Notes under the pieces: model-generated | What the model was told of the DNA's origin: nothing | Databases searched by the model: none | The model's input: the letters and a program-made list of their open reading frames with translations, nothing else | DNA from: the human T2T-CHM13v2.0 reference genome, Homo sapiens | Reading direction: 5' to 3' (one strand) | DNA: 64,000 nucleotides | Assembly: GCF_009914755.1 (NCBI RefSeq) | Contig: NC_060925.1 | Position numbers and translations under genes: made by a program | Part shown: one piece after another, positions 1-18,399 of the stretch | How positions within the stretch are numbered: position 1 is the stretch's first letter | Layout of the letters: each line of letters opens with the position of its first letter

Positions 1-121
1 CATATTCTTTACAGTCTTTTCTTCTGAGAAATCTCTTTTTGCCTAGTTATAGTCATATTGTATAGTCTTTAATCCCCTGTTTTCCCATGTAATTACAAGC
101 TGTCTGTGGGCATTATTATTT

Positions 122-432
122 GTTTTTGGAACAGGGTTTTACTCTGTCATACAGGCTGGCGTGGAGTGGCATGATCATGGCTCACTGTAGCCTCAAACTC
201 CTGAGCTCTAGGGTTCCTCCCACCCCAGCCTCCCAAGTAGCTGGAACTGCAGCTGGGGTGGGAGGAACCCTACAGCGAGCCACCATACCCACCTAGTTTT
301 ATTTTTATTTTTTTGTAGAGATGGGGTCTCACTGTGTTGCCCAGCCTGGTCCAAACGCTTGGCCTCAAGCAATCCTCTCACGTCAGCCTCCCAAAGTGCT
401 GGGATTACAGGCGTGAGTCACTGCACCCAGCT
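122..432 (-). mobile_element. Alu (J-like) with internal inverted duplication
   Basis: Alu antisense hallmarks cctcccaaagtgctgggattacaggcgtgag and gcctcccaagtagctgg. Confidence 0.9.
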
Positions 433-860
433 GGTATTATTATTAATGGCTGTAAAATACACTGTTTTTCTCTATTGTGAGAGATTTAGATTATAATTTT
501 TCATTTCTTCATTCAATATTTATTGAATATTTATTAAGTGCCCATCATGTACCTGGCTCCATGATTTGTATTTTAAATAATACTGCCATCAACATCTTTG
601 TGCATAAAGCTTTTTTTCCCCCATATATAAGATTATTTCCTTGGTAGTAGGATGGCTGAGTCAGAGGAAATCAGCATTTTTAAGACTAGATAAAAAATGG
701 CCGTATTGTTTTCCCAAGGTGTACTGATTTCCATCCAGACCTTTTGTGATTAATGATCGAGCCTCTCTTTCTGCCCCTCCTGGGCAGATCCCTGTCTCTT
801 CTTTGAAGAGTCATCTGACTTCTCAGTTGTCACCTTTACATCACTGTGCTTTCCCCACAG

Positions 861-1351
861 GTGGCGTGGGCGTCAAGTGTCCGCTGACAGAACAAGGCAA
901 GCAGTTGGCTATTCAGGTGTCCAACATCCTAGGCATGGACTTCTGTGGCATTGATCTCCTTATCATGGACGATGGCTCCTTTGTGGTGTGTGAGGCAAAT
1001 GCTAATGTTGGCTTCCTAGCCTTTGACCAGGCATGCAACTTAGATGTGGGTGGGATCATTGCAGACTATACCATGTCCTTGCTGCCAAATAGGCAGACTG
1101 GAAAGATGGCTGTCCTCCCAGGACTGTCGAGTCCAAGGGAGAAGAACGAGCCGGATGGCTGTGCTTCAGCTCAGGGAGTTGCAGAGAGCGTCTATACCAT
1201 CAACAGTGGGTCTACCTCTAGTGAAAGTGAGCCTGAACTGGGAGAGATCCGGGATTCCTCAGCAAGCACAATGGGGGCCCCACCCTCCATGCTGCCCGAA
1301 CCTGGCTACAACATTAACAACAGGATTGCTTCTGAGTTAAAACTTAAGTGA
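861..1351 (+). CDS. RIMKLA: RimK-like ATP-grasp ligase A (N-acetylaspartylglutamate synthase A), last coding exon
   Basis: Acceptor ttccccacag|G at 860/861 (phase 1). Translation GVGVKCPLTEQGKQLAIQVSNILGMDFCGIDLL...VCEANANVGF contains the ATP-grasp/RimK GIDLL and E-x-N motifs and ends ...ASELKLK with TGA at 1349-1351. Part 746-860 of the tracked ORF is intronic. Confidence 0.95.
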
Positions 1352-4051
1352 ATTCCTGCTTTTTGGCAGCATTTAAACCAAATCCTACTGCTTCCCTAGT
1401 AGTTTTGAGTGAATAAAATCTGGACTAATGTGATTTCATTTGCACAGAAACTAGAAATCCCATCTGGGCACTCAGCATTTTTTCTAACGATGATTTAAGC
1501 AAATGGCCTAGCTTTGTGGTTTTTACAAAGACAAATATAAAAACACTCAAGAACAACGTCCCGACTGATCAATATGAGACTGATGTCTGCTGTGAGCACG
1601 TGGATATTACGGCTGACGCTAAGGCACTGACTCTGCTGTTGCTTCTGACTTTTAGCAGTAGAACCCATTAGCTCAAAATGGCTCTTGGAATTATGTACTC
1701 AAAAGCAACCACGGGATGGAAGCATGTGCAGACGAGGTGGAATGTGACTGCAGTAATAGGTTCTTCACTAAGTGTGTGTGTGATGCTTGGAAAAGACACA
1801 GTTCAAACACTATTAGAGGATCGATCTCTGCTCCCCATCAATCACCATCTTGACCATATTTCTCCGACACTCAGGATATGGTGTTTTAGGGAGCTTCCTC
1901 ATTAGCATTTTCAGTGAAGCACTTTGTAGAAAGTGAGATTGAACGTTCTTTGACTTCACAGGTTGGCAAATGTCCTGCTTTGTAACTGGGCCTTTCTACA
2001 AATTGCTTTGCCACTCTGAATTTATAGACCCTGCTTCAACTAACGTCAGCTCTAGCAGCTTCTTGCACCTTTGCTGCCTTTGGCCTCAGCTGGAAATGCA
2101 CTTCAATGAGCTAGTGGCCACTCAGTTTATTTCTTAAGCGTGCACTAGAATCTAACACCATGGACTTTGTTTTTCAATGGACTCTGTTCACTTGTCATCC
2201 AGAAGCCAGTGGGTTTTTACCATAGAAAGCTACTTGGAGATCATCATTCTTCCCCTCCTCTACTGAAACTTTGTGTACTGCTTAGCTGTAGGGGGTTTTC
2301 TTGTATGAGTGGGTGTTGGAGGTCTATTGAGTAGATGGGAGCCATTGGAAACACTCCAATCCCCTTGAAACTCTACTTTTATCTAAGATCCAGACACCTG
2401 TCCTTACCCACTTTTCCAAACGGGGAAGACTCAGGTATCAGGAATTACCCATTGCACATTTTGCGGGGGGGGGGGCTAATGTAGACATGACACCAAGTGC
2501 TTTTCATTTTAATTCTCTAAGCAGTAGATGAGATCTTTCCCTTGGGAGAAATCACAGAGATGGAGTTTTCCATTTCTGCTTATACGAAATATGACTGAAA
2601 ATGAACAAAGCCACCTTTTTAACCAAATACACTAGAACATATGCACTCAAGAGTTAGCATAATTGGAGTTATTTTCTTGATGTTGCATGTGCCAAGAACA
2701 CTTAGGGTTCCCCTTTGGGATTACCTTTGAAGCCATGCAAGGCAAGAGGCCTCACAACTTTATAGTCAGACCTTGTGTTTTATCCAACCCCTCCTCCTGC
2801 CCACCAAGATCATCCTGAGCTGCTTCACCCATTTTATTTAGCAGACTTATTTTCTAATGCTCTTTAGCTGTTAAAAAAAAAAATCATTCCTCAAAAAATA
2901 GATCTACCCTTAAAGGACAAAGATTTACCAACACTGAAGACCCTTACAAGTTGACAGTTTCTAAAGAGGGTTCTAGGAATGTTCTGTGTAAGGTCAGCTT
3001 CACTGGAATAAACATACATCTTCCCAAGGTGACTACTTCAAAGGCAACACTACCCATTCGGGTGCAGAAATTACCGTACTTACTCTGCCATAAATGTAAA
3101 ATGTGTATAAAGTTAAGCTATTGCATTTTTTCATAACACATTTAAATAGAAATTGGCTTTTAAAGTATTGTAGTTAAAACCAGATCTCACCAAGTAATAG
3201 TTGTGCAATTGACAAATGTTTGGTGCCATGTAATGGAGATGTCACACTACACAGTTGTAGTTTAAATGCAGTCCAACATAAGGTGCATGCCACTGAACTG
3301 TAACCCTAGTAATGTGTCTTGTACAGTTGAAAAATAATACTTCACCTTTATATAGGTTAAGATATGTACCTTATCTTTACCACTCAGGGTGGCTTTAAAA
3401 GACGGACAGCTTTAGGTTTGTTCTCACTGGAACTGGTTACACTTTCTGTGCAAACTTAACCAAGTGATGATCGTCTGGAAGCTGCATTCCCTCATTTCCA
3501 CTGTTTGGTGTGAATCTAGTCTCCCCACTTTATCTAAAAGGAGGCTAGCAGGGCCCCAGCCTGAGCAGAGCAGCTAGAGAGTGCTTCCAGATTCCTTTGC
3601 CAAAGGAGGCCCATTTTCCAGCTGTGAGTGACATCTGTAGTCATTGGCTTCATTGCCTGGCACTAGCCCTGTCTAGAAGTGGAGAAAGCTGGATCACAGC
3701 TGGACCACAACCAGCCCCAATCCAGGATTTCCCATACCATGCTGGCTGTGGGCTCTGTGAGCCTCAGCCAGGTGGCCAGGCTATACTTGTCACAGCTGGC
3801 CACAGGCCTGCTGAAGGAACATGGGGTGTAGAGCCAGAGCCTGGTTCTGGTTCTCCGCTTGAACAGCTGACCTCGTGCAATCACAGGAACTCTGCGTCTC
3901 CATGTTTCACTCAGATAGAGAAAATGCCTCCTTTGTTTACCTCTTTGAAGCTGAAGTAAGTGAGACTGGTGCATGTAAATTAATGGTAGTAGAGCACCTC
4001 CCACATCTGATTTTATAACAGTTTCCCATCACTCCTTAAAGAAAAAGGCCA

Positions 4052-4572
<521 letters not shown>

Positions 4573-7500
4573 TTATCTGGTAGTAGCATCTTGAAACTGG
4601 TCAAAACTTGAATGCCAATAGCTCAGTCACTCAGAATATACGATTCTGCACTTGGGAAAAATGTCTTCATGCTGTTTTTCTGATCGGGTATGGGGTTGCC
4701 AGAATGAGGATTTGGGGCTTTAGGTCTTTCGGATCTCAGAAACAATATAAGTAGATCATAAGCCACTAGTGTCACAATTTCAGGCCCATTGCTTCCAGCT
4801 AAAAGGAGATTCCATGACCATGGGGACCAGGAGAGGAGGAAAGGGAAAAGGGAAAGGTCTGGAATAGTTTTGTGAAAGAAATAAAAAATTGGGATGATTT
4901 GGAATTCTAGTAGGAAGGAGGAAAAAATGGCTCTTCTGTGGGCTGTTTTAATGAAAGAATCATGAATATGTATTGATCAGAGGTAGATGTCTTTGAAGCT
5001 GTTCTGCATAAAGATAATGAGATGCATGGATTTCCATCCACCCTGGAGAAGTGGGGGAGATGTGCTTCCTCCCTTCTTTAAATCCTGAGGAATGCTGGTC
5101 TTGAGAACACTGAATGCAAATCTGAGGAAGATGTAAGCGGCTGGCTGGGGAGTTTTAGGACCACCCAAATAAAAGCTGACCCTCCCAGAGGCTAATGAAC
5201 CACAGTGCTGTGTGCAGGCATAGCCTTAGCAGGTCAGTTTAAGGAGTCAGGTCAGAGAATAAATCCAACCTTAGTCAAGTCACTACAGTTTAATATTTTC
5301 CTTTGCAACTGGAGGTAAGCCTGTTTGCCATTAGTCTGAGTGGATGTCTTGGGAAGGCCCCTGAAAATAGCCATATTTGTCACTGTCCCTAAAGTGAATG
5401 TTCATAGATCTGGGACTGTTTTTGACTGTACCTCTGAGACTCAAGATCAGGACAGATTGTTACTTTAAAATGTTACCTGGAAGACGATTCTTCTAAGGGC
5501 TATAATGTTATAATCTTTTCCTAAAACTAAATCATGCCTCCATTCCAGGTCTATGGCTAGACTCTGCAGCCCTCCCTCCTAAAACCACAGGGCTGAATGT
5601 GGAAACTTTCTTCTTTTAAGCCTTTCCATTTCCTTCTCTAGGTACAGCTCCTGTGCCAATATGCACTGTCTCAAGCCCTGTGCTGGCATTCCAACCTGGT
5701 TTGGTAATTTTGCTGTGAGGTTCATGTTCTCTGGGGCTCCAGGGCAACACTAAGAAAGTCGCTTATGATCCCCATTTGAGACCATGGAATTAGCATTTTG
5801 GAGACCAGTCTAGTCCCCCATTTCATAAGTAGGGAATCTTACTTAGTTCCAGAGGCCATGTTCACTTGCTAGTCAATAGCAAGGCTGGACTCAGGCAGTC
5901 TGATTCCTCATCCACTTTGGCATACTGCCAGAGGTAGCTCCATCCCTCCCTGGAATCTAGCACATGCTCCCATCCTGGGCCTACCCTCCGCCTCCTCCCC
6001 TTCTGATGAGCCTCTGTTCTGGATCAACACGGTGTTGATGTGCCAGCTGTCAAGGGTTCAGCACTTGGATGGCTTCTAGGTGAGAGCCCCAAAGGCATGT
6101 ATATTTCCATGATGCAAGCTGGCTCATGGCCCGCACCGTCTTTAGACCAGCCAAGACCATTTAACTCTACCCCACACTTTCAGTGGTGGGATGTGAGGAA
6201 GAAAGCCCATGCCAAGCTAACTGAAAGCTTATTTGGCTCCAATTCGGCTGATGTTCCCTCACTGCAGAATGTCCTGGAAACCAAGGGTTTGCAGCTCCTA
6301 AACCTATTGCATTAGGCACACCCAAGAAGAAATCCTGTTCGATGCACATGCTCCAGTTTCAATCAGCAACAAGGTCAAAAGTTTCCCCCCACTTTCTGTT
6401 CCACAGTGCGTTCCCCTTGCAGCCAGACATTAGGCACAGATTCATCCCTATTGTAACCCAAATGTCAGCTGAGGGCTCCTTGCCTCTTGACATCCAGAGA
6501 GGTCTGATAACTGGGCTCTGTTTCTGAACCTCTAGATTTCTGTGATTTCTCAAAGACTTATATTTTTGCAGCCACTGCTGACTCCACACTTCTGCTACCT
6601 CATTTTAAATAGCGTCTTATCCCTGCAATGCATCAGCTGAGACATGAAGCTCAGTTTCCTCGCCCATTTCCACATAGCAAAATTCAAGCGAGTGAGTGTG
6701 TGTGCCTGCGTGTGTCTCAGTGACGTGGGAAGGAATGGCAGATGCTACAACAGTGCAGACTCGGCACCCCATTTATAGAATGTTCTTTTTATATACTATG
6801 GAGGAATCTCCACTCACCTTCCACTCCACGTGGTCCCTGTCTCCTGTCCTTGGGACAGAGCAGTTCCATTTATATTCTCACATACAACCAGATGGATAGC
6901 CATTCCTTTTCTTAATTTGATTCCTGCCAACACCCTAACCGTCATGACTTCACCTTTTACCATGGGTGGCTTATTAAAAACATTTTCCTGGACGAAGACA
7001 GTTCCCTCCCCAAGCGGAATTCGAGTGCCATCTCTTAAGGTGATGCATTTTTAATTCCCACTGCACAAGCCAGGCATCACAATGACCATATTCACCACTC
7101 GTTGTCAGGGGTACACCTTTTGGAAGGCAGCGTGGGCTAATGTGAATGGTACTAGTCTGAGTCAGATCCAGTTCAAATCCAGGTAACTTAAAGCTTGTGT
7201 GACCCAGGGACACTTTACTTCAACTTGTTAAACCTTAATTTTGTCACCTATAAATGTGATACATAAACAAACTTGAATGTGTCGCACTTAACCACATGCC
7301 TGGCTTTCCATAGGTTCCTTTCCTCTTGCTTCCCCCACTGTGAGCAACACAAGCATCGCCTTCTTGTGATCATGGCTCAGTGCCAAGGGATAAAAGCTGG
7401 CAGACAGCAGCTTTACAGCTGGGAAAAAGAGCTGCTGGGGGCAGGGCTGGCGGTAGCTCAAGCATGCTGTGGTTCAGGCTAATGACTGGAAGGTCCCATC

Positions 7501-8052
7501 CATCCTTGAGATTTTATGACGCTATGTGCAAGATCTAGCGAACGTATTTGGCTAAGAAAAATCCTGGAGGAGAGACTGCCTCAGACAACTGGGGGGCTGG
7601 AAAGCCGACCTGGAAAGCAGCCTGACCTTGGATGATTTAGCACCTGGGTTTTTTGGCTCTTCCTGTATTAGGTTTGCTGGCTTCGCATCAAATGGAAGGA
7701 GGTGGTGCCAGGGACGTGAATTAAACCTGTCAAATAGAGGGTGAGGGGAGTGCAGAAGGCTGGGGGAAGGAGGGGCTGTGTGGGGAACTCTGATAGTCTG
7801 ACAGCACCATCTGGACTTGGCAGGGATGACAGCCCTGAGATCAGATGGAACTAACCAATAAAGCTGCTAAAATTCTGCTGTCCTGGGCCTATCCGGAGTG
7901 GGACTCCCGTAATCTCCTATTTAGAAGGAACACTGATCTGCAAGGGGAGAGCTGGGGCCCTTAATCATTCTGCAGAGCTGATAACGGTCACTGTGGAGGC
8001 AGGACTAGGCGGGTGCCTGGTTTGCTTAGTCCCACCTTGAGGTCCCGAGTTC

Positions 8053-8470
8053 CAGTGGTGTGCCGAAGTGGTTTGCACTGGCCCATGAGAGTGGATTGTT
8101 GAATTTCCAGGAATTTTGTAAGCTGGTTGGTAAACACAGCCACAGTGACCATTAGAGATTATATTAACCTGCAATTAAATAAAGTATGTTAAAAACAGTA
8201 ATAAATACTCAAAACTCATCACTTCCTAATTATTTTACTATTATCTATGTTCTTGAGGATACTGACATCTATTGTATTGGTATGGTGTGCTACAATATAA
8301 TGGCGTGCTATTGCACATCTCTTCCCAACCTGAACATTCAGTGACATCACATCAGTAGCTGGGGAATCGGCCCTATTGAGAGTATTTACACCACAGAGAT
8401 TGGCAAACACTCTATATCAAGACCCCCCTCCCCGAGAGCTGGTTGTTAAACATTTGTCAGCACACCACTG
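8053..8470. mobile_element. hAT-type MITE (MER63-like)
   Basis: Perfect 11-bp terminal inverted repeats cagtggtgtgc (8053-8063) / gcacaccactg (8460-8470). Confidence 0.7.
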
Positions 8471-10687
8471 CTGCTGGGAGACAGAGAGAAGAAACTGATA
8501 CACGTGAGCACTGAAACATCTTAGTTCCAGGGAGGTAGCATTTGTGTTGTATTTCTCAGAAGCAAGTGTCCTAGTGTAATGTGCACAAGTGGCATGAAGT
8601 TTAACACCTAAAAGACTGCTTCTCTGCTTGTTCTGTCTAACTTCTGTGATTTCAACACTTGAGAAAGATGTTTACTTTGCTACTAAACTTATTGGAGTGA
8701 TTTGTAAAGTTCACTGTCACCTGTGGGCAGTAGTTCAGCTAAATTCCCTCCAGGAAAGTGGACTGTAGCTTTTCCTGCCTAACTGGCAAAATGAAAATAT
8801 GCTGAAAAGAATACATCTTAACTAGGCACCAGAATAGCTCATTTCCAAGTGGTTTATACAGCAATAACAGTGTTAACTTCTCCAACAGAGACGAAATCAT
8901 TTATAAATGATTGTTTTGCTGTTTTTGCTTTTTATTAAAATTATTACTATGGAACAGAATGCTTTGTTTGCCTTTGTCTCCAAAATTCTGTGCCTTTTGG
9001 TGGTTCTTGTAAAGTAAGAATCACATGCTGAATCTACATTTTATTATTTTCATATCATAAAATGAGGAAGAGCCTTCACAGAAGAAACTTCACCCTATTC
9101 ACTTGCACACCAGCTGCGTTCTGAAAAACTATAATTTTCCTTTCAAACGCAGAGTGCCGTCTGAATTGTAATACTGCCAACTCTCAACTGTCAAGATGAT
9201 GGAGGAAAATACTAATGCAGATGGCGTGAGCTTGTCACGGGCCTGCTCAGCGTGCTCTCCCGGGCTGACATTCGAATTAAGATTCAAATAGCAAGTGAGA
9301 GCTGAAAGCTGTTTAAAATGGCTGTGTGGTGCAGTAAGGGGTCTCAGGGGATTGAAAGAATCTGTGTACTCACCAGAAGAACTCTGACAGGTCAGGCAGG
9401 GCCCTCAGGACTTGTGTTTGCCTGACATTTCAAGAGGCTTCCTGGGAGAAGCGGTGATAAGACCCTGGGGGACTAACAGTCAAAACAAGGCTCAAGACCC
9501 TTGAACTAAGGCTATTCCCCAGCTTCTGAGGGTCAGGGAGTCCAAATTGAGGTCAGAGCATCAAAGGGATAGTGCTTGATTGCTGCAGCCGAGGATGATT
9601 TGGGGTATGACATTATGTACCATTCATATTGTCCTTGAACCCAAACACTGGGGAATGTGGCCTATGTTTCTTTCTTCTTCTCTTACATGAAAATCGTCAA
9701 ACTACACAAAAGTGGAGAGAATAGTAAACTCCCCAGAAAAGGACGTTTCCATTTGCCTTTACCACATATAAAAAGATTAGCAGTAATCCCTTGATACCAT
9801 CTAATTCCCAGTCCGTATTCAAATTCCCCCATTGTCTCAAAGAGAACTGCATTTAGCTCCATGGTAGACCAGCGTATTTGGTGAGAAAGGAAGTACTTTG
9901 GAAAGGTTGCTGATGGCTTCCCTACCCTCTTGACGGTGGCTCTGGCAGAAACCATGCTGCAGGGGCACAGGTGGAGAGATGTTCAGGCTGGCTGCAGATG
10001 CCTTTCCAAGTTGTGGGATCTTGGGATTTCCTCTCCTCAAAGAATAAGCCTGTGACACTTCCCCTTCTACTTCCCAGAGTTACATGGTGTCCCTCTAGGA
10101 CTCTCCCAGCTTCATGCTGCTGGCACCCACTTGTCTATCACGCTGGTATCCGCTGCTTTTCCTGCAGCTGCTGCTTTCACTAATGGCACTTCTTAAATCT
10201 GGTGAGAGGCTTCTCTCAAAAATGATCGCTCTTCCACTAACCTTAGGTCTACTGTACTCTTGGTGAATCACAGCTCTTTAGAGCTCCTCAAGGGCCTAAG
10301 CATCTTTTGTTAGAAAATTCTGGCTGAAATTCTCATGAGATGGGTCAGGGAACCTTGGAGTGGCAGCACTTGTGTCACATCTAAAGGCACTCCTCTGACT
10401 AAAGAGAAGTGGCAGCTGAGCACACTGCCTGCCCAGGGATTTTCTTCTGCTCTAAAGGACATTATTAAGACAACTGGTCTGTACTGTATTGCCTGATAGT
10501 ATCATATCAATGTCAATTTCCTCATTTTGGTGATTGTTCTAATAAGAATACGTAAGAATGTGTCCTTGTTTTTAGAAAATACACATTAAATATCGAGGGA
10601 TAGAGGTACATCATGTTTGCAATTTACTTTCAAATGGCTCAGAAAATAATGGGTTTCTAGAGAGAGAAAATAAAGCAAATGTGGTAA

Positions 10688-11415
<728 letters not shown>

Positions 11416-12342
11416 TGAGTGCACAATGCCAACCACTTGCTGAAACCACACACACACAAAATAAAACAGAACTACAGTGGTCATTTTTGGCTGCTACCTT
11501 CCTCAACCCTTACCTCCAACTTGGTTTCTTGTGGTAAAACTTGACTTTTAAACCATGAACCACCTTTTTTCACTGAAAACTTTTCTTTTTCTTTTTTGCC
11601 ATGTTCATTAAGATGTTCCAGGAGATACACAATCCTGAAAAAGGTCTGCAAGGGATAATGCTTATAATATATAATTCTGGTTTTACATCTTGCTCCCAAT
11701 ACTAACCTTGTTCGTATGTTTTTAAAACCTGCTACTGCTTATTTAAATATTAGCTATTAAAAGTGTGTGTGTATGTATGTACATAATATAAAATATTTAT
11801 CACATTGCACTGATCTTGATGAATATTAGGAAAGACATATGTTTTGTGTTTGGCAAAATGATTGCATGGTTCCGTCATCCAAATAATGCTTCACCATCTT
11901 TTCTGAAGCATTTTCTTTGCCAATTGTTTGTTTTGTGTGACCTATTGTGTTTGAGAAATGTTGTACCTCACAGAGTCATCATGAGAACAGAGACACCTCA
12001 TTTGTACAATGTGTATCTGTAATGGGACATGGCAAGGCCTGGTGCTAGCAGTTTGGTTCCAATCTTGGTCATCTGAGGCCCTGTGGCACAGCAGAAAGCC
12101 ATGGAGCGCAATGATAAAATGTTATATAGTGAGAGCGTAGAGCAGCAACTCAGAGTGAATTTTTGTTAAATAAAGATTCATAGACGATATGATATATTTG
12201 TAACAGTGCATATGTGCTTGCTAGTGGAAAATTTTAATCAGGCCTTTCAGAGATGATCCTTCAGCTCCACCCTTATGAATTCTGCTGAAGACGCTTAGGA
12301 AAGATGTGATCACCAGGTGGGAAGATAAGAGACACTCTATAG

Positions 12343-12710
<368 letters not shown>

Positions 12711-12829
12711 AAGTAAACCACATTTTGTAGAGCTGTTCAGAACTGAGATGATTTCCTGCATCAATAAATCATATATAAAAATGAAATATATTTTCATTGA
12801 AGAGTAAAAAAAATTAGGGCAAAATAAGA

Positions 12830-15050
<2,221 letters not shown>

Positions 15051-15052
15051 AT

Positions 15053-15541
<489 letters not shown>

Positions 15542-16706
15542 TCAGAATAGGTAAGTTCTAATATTTTCTTTGAAATTATCTGCTGAAGAGTTGTTGATCC
15601 TCCTCCTTACCCCTCCAGTCTTCATTAAGAGTCTATTTGAAAGAGCTGACTCATATTTGGGGTTACGAGTTAAGAGCTAAGAAGAAGGGGCTCTGTCTTT
15701 AAAGAGAAGAAGAAAGTGCTACACAGTGTTGACTGGAGACTGAGAATTCATCTGAGGCTGAAAATTAGATCAAGAGATGGCTGAAAGACAAGTAAGCCCC
15801 TGGGACTTCATAGCCATCATGGAGAAGCATAAGAATGCCCACAAGTATGGAAGTGGGGGCGGTGAGAGCGGGGGGTGGGGGGCGGTTTCCAGCTGATTTT
15901 ACCTGAAGGGGCAGGGTGACCCATCTGACTTATTTTTATTATATGTGTCTGAGTGAATTAATTTACAGTGAGGAACATAAAACTCTCTGACAGGTTCTTG
16001 ACCTGCATATCTTCTCCCTGGGTGCAGATCTACTCACGAAGCAAAATGCTGCTTGGCAAGTCTGGAGAGGAACTAAGGGAGAAAAAAAAGGATATGCTAA
16101 ATTACCAGAGTCATCAAGATGGGATGAGCTGATATAGCTGTGGCCACATCTGGGCCATTTTACAACAGTAATGGATGAGGCTATAGGGAGATCAAGGTCA
16201 CAAACCAATGATGTGAGAGAGCTGGAATTTGAGCTCAGGCATGTCTGAGTCCAAGGCTCACCCTCTGTCCTCTCCATCACAGGGGATCTTTCAGAATGCC
16301 TCTCCCCTAGACTGTATAGATGGCCCACATCTACTTCAAATTATTGTCTGAGATAAGAAAGATGCCACCCTGGAATGGCATCTCAGTCAATCCATACTGA
16401 AGCTCCTTGACAGGCCCAGGGGCCTCCTCTGGCACAGGAAGACCTTATATCTAATTTATGCCTGCATTTTGCTATTTGTTTTCTATGTGTCTCATGTCCT
16501 TTTTGTTCCTCTATCTCACCTTTTCTTTAAGTGGGTATTTTCTAGCATACCATTGTAATCCCTTTGTTGATTTTTAACTATTTTTAGAGTTATTTTCTTA
16601 GTGATTGCTCTATTATAATGGGTACTTTATCACAATCTACCTCAGATTAACGCTAAGTTAATTCCAGCATGGAATTAAGAATAGAGAAACTTTGTTCCAA
16701 TATAGC

Positions 16707-16712
16707 TTTATT
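16707..16712 (-). terminator. ZMYND12: Likely ZMYND12 poly(A) signal AATAAA
   Basis: tttatt on the + strand, about 385 nt past the stop codon. Alternative ATTAAA at 16802-16807. Confidence 0.55.
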
Positions 16713-17097
16713 CCCTACCCCCTCCTTTACCCCTCCTTTAGCAAAAGTGTATGAAACATGCATCGTTGGAAGACTTCTGGGAAATGACAAACTATTTGTA
16801 GTTTAATTACAAATACCATATTAGTGATCTGACTACATATTACTCAGTCATACAAAGTCATGATAAATCAAGTACAAAGGTCATGACAAACACAGTTTTT
16901 AGTGATTTCTATGCCTAAAGCTTTATATTCCCTTAATATGCTGTGTAAGAAAAAAATAACAGCTATGTGTGCAATCCCAGGGGAAGAGGGTGGAAACTTC
17001 AGCAGTCTACAGTACCTCAAAGCAGTTGTGCAAGGCTGGAATATATTAGATCTTCAGTAGCCCCTGGAATAACCCTTGATGCAGAGCTCATGGGTCA

Positions 17098-17220
17098 CTA
17101 AGTAATGGGATGGTCTTCAGTTGAAATGAGACTTAATAACTCTTGAATGGTGCTTTGCTCATGGACATCAAGCTGTTGTTCTTTGGCTAGACTGAGGGCC
17201 CTCATGCCATATTCCTGTGC
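17098..17220 (-). CDS. ZMYND12: ZMYND12 exon 8 (last; AQEYGMRALSLAKEQQLDVHEQSTIQELLSLISTEDHPIT*)
   Basis: Acceptor tctatttcag|GCA. 123 nt. TAG at 17100-17098. Not in the ORF track; translated by hand. Confidence 0.92.
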   Translation of the reverse strand, partial: AQEYGMRALSLAKEQQLDVHEQSTIQELLSLISTEDHPIT

Positions 17221-17659
17221 CTGAAATAGAATTGCAGTGACAAAAGGAAGTTGTCACAGGAAAGCATAACACTGGGAAGCCCCATCTGTGCTCAACTCCA
17301 GAAACATGAGAGAGAACTGACCACCTTTTCACACCACCCACTGAGCTCTTGTTGATAAACCTGTAAACACACTGGGCCCTTACAGCTAGCCACATGTGCG
17401 CTGGGCAGGGCACCAGAAAAAAACCCCACCTGACTTGACAAACTAAGTACAAACTAAGTATACCTTCTTAACAAAGTGAGATCTTTGTAGGACCTTAATC
17501 AGGCCCTAGAGGCCATCACTGGAGGGCATAGAGGTGACAGGTGCCACAAGTAAATTACCACTCTGGGGTGGTCCTGGAGACCATGTGGCCCAGAGTTTTG
17601 ACTTGGAAAGAGGCTCCCCTTTCTTCCTCCCTTCTTCTCTTCCTTCCTTCCTTCCTATA

Positions 17660-17990
17660 AATTGTTATTGAATGGTTACCATGTTCCAGGTCCTGTGAGT
17701 ATAGGCAGAAATTCCTATTCTCATGGAACTTACAGTGTAGTAGGGGAGAAAGACAATAAAGAAGACAAATAAGTAAAACACGACAGTATCTTAAATGATA
17801 AATGCTAAGGAAAAAAATAAAGCATGAAAGGGGATAGGAAGCATTAGAGGTAGTAGTGGGGGTTTGCAGTTTTAGACAGGGAGAGCAGGGAACGCTTCAC
17901 TGAAAAGAAAACAGCTGAGTCAAGTGAAGGCCTGAAGGAAGTGAGGTGCCAGTCTTGATGGATAGATAGATGTGTGCCTTTTGTCTAAGG
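17660..17990. mobile_element. L2 fragment
   Basis: ttattgaatggttaccatgttccagg...ctcatggaacttacagtgtagtagggg, typical of the L2 3' end. Confidence 0.55.
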
Positions 17991-18399
17991 TCTCTTGTAG
18001 ATCTAACACACCCTGGGGTAATGACTTCCTTGAGTACACAGTGGAAAATTGGACATTGCACCGTAGAAATGAGGTTTTGTCCAATGTAAATTTGAAAGTT
18101 CAGTGGAAATATTTTCCTATTCCTCACCCATTCCTACCCCTATCCCAGGTAGGGTTAGTGCCCTGTGCACTGTGCTCCCACAGTGCTCTGGGCTTCGCTG
18201 TCACACTCTATTATAACCTGTGAGCTCCTCCAGGCCTGGTATACTGCAGGTGCTTAGTAAAAGTTAGCTGAAGAAAGAAAAGAAAAGAGGGAGGAGGGAG
18301 GAAAGGAGTCTTAAATTTTCCCATGTCACCCACACAAAAAGGGCTCCCTCCAACCAGCCTCCTCTCTCTCCCCCTGCCAACTGCTTTTTCTTCTTCTTC

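Noticed and set aside
1044-1340. 98-aa overlapping ORF in the RIMKLA last exon
   Set aside because: GTG start, shadow frame of a GC-rich coding exon, no recognisable motif.
2465-2475. G11 run in the RIMKLA 3' UTR
   Set aside because: Single homopolymer; ordinary mononucleotide microsatellite.
7801-7820. REST RE1-like CAGCACC-n4-GGAC
   Set aside because: Wrong spacer and degenerate right half; cannot be supported without ChIP data.
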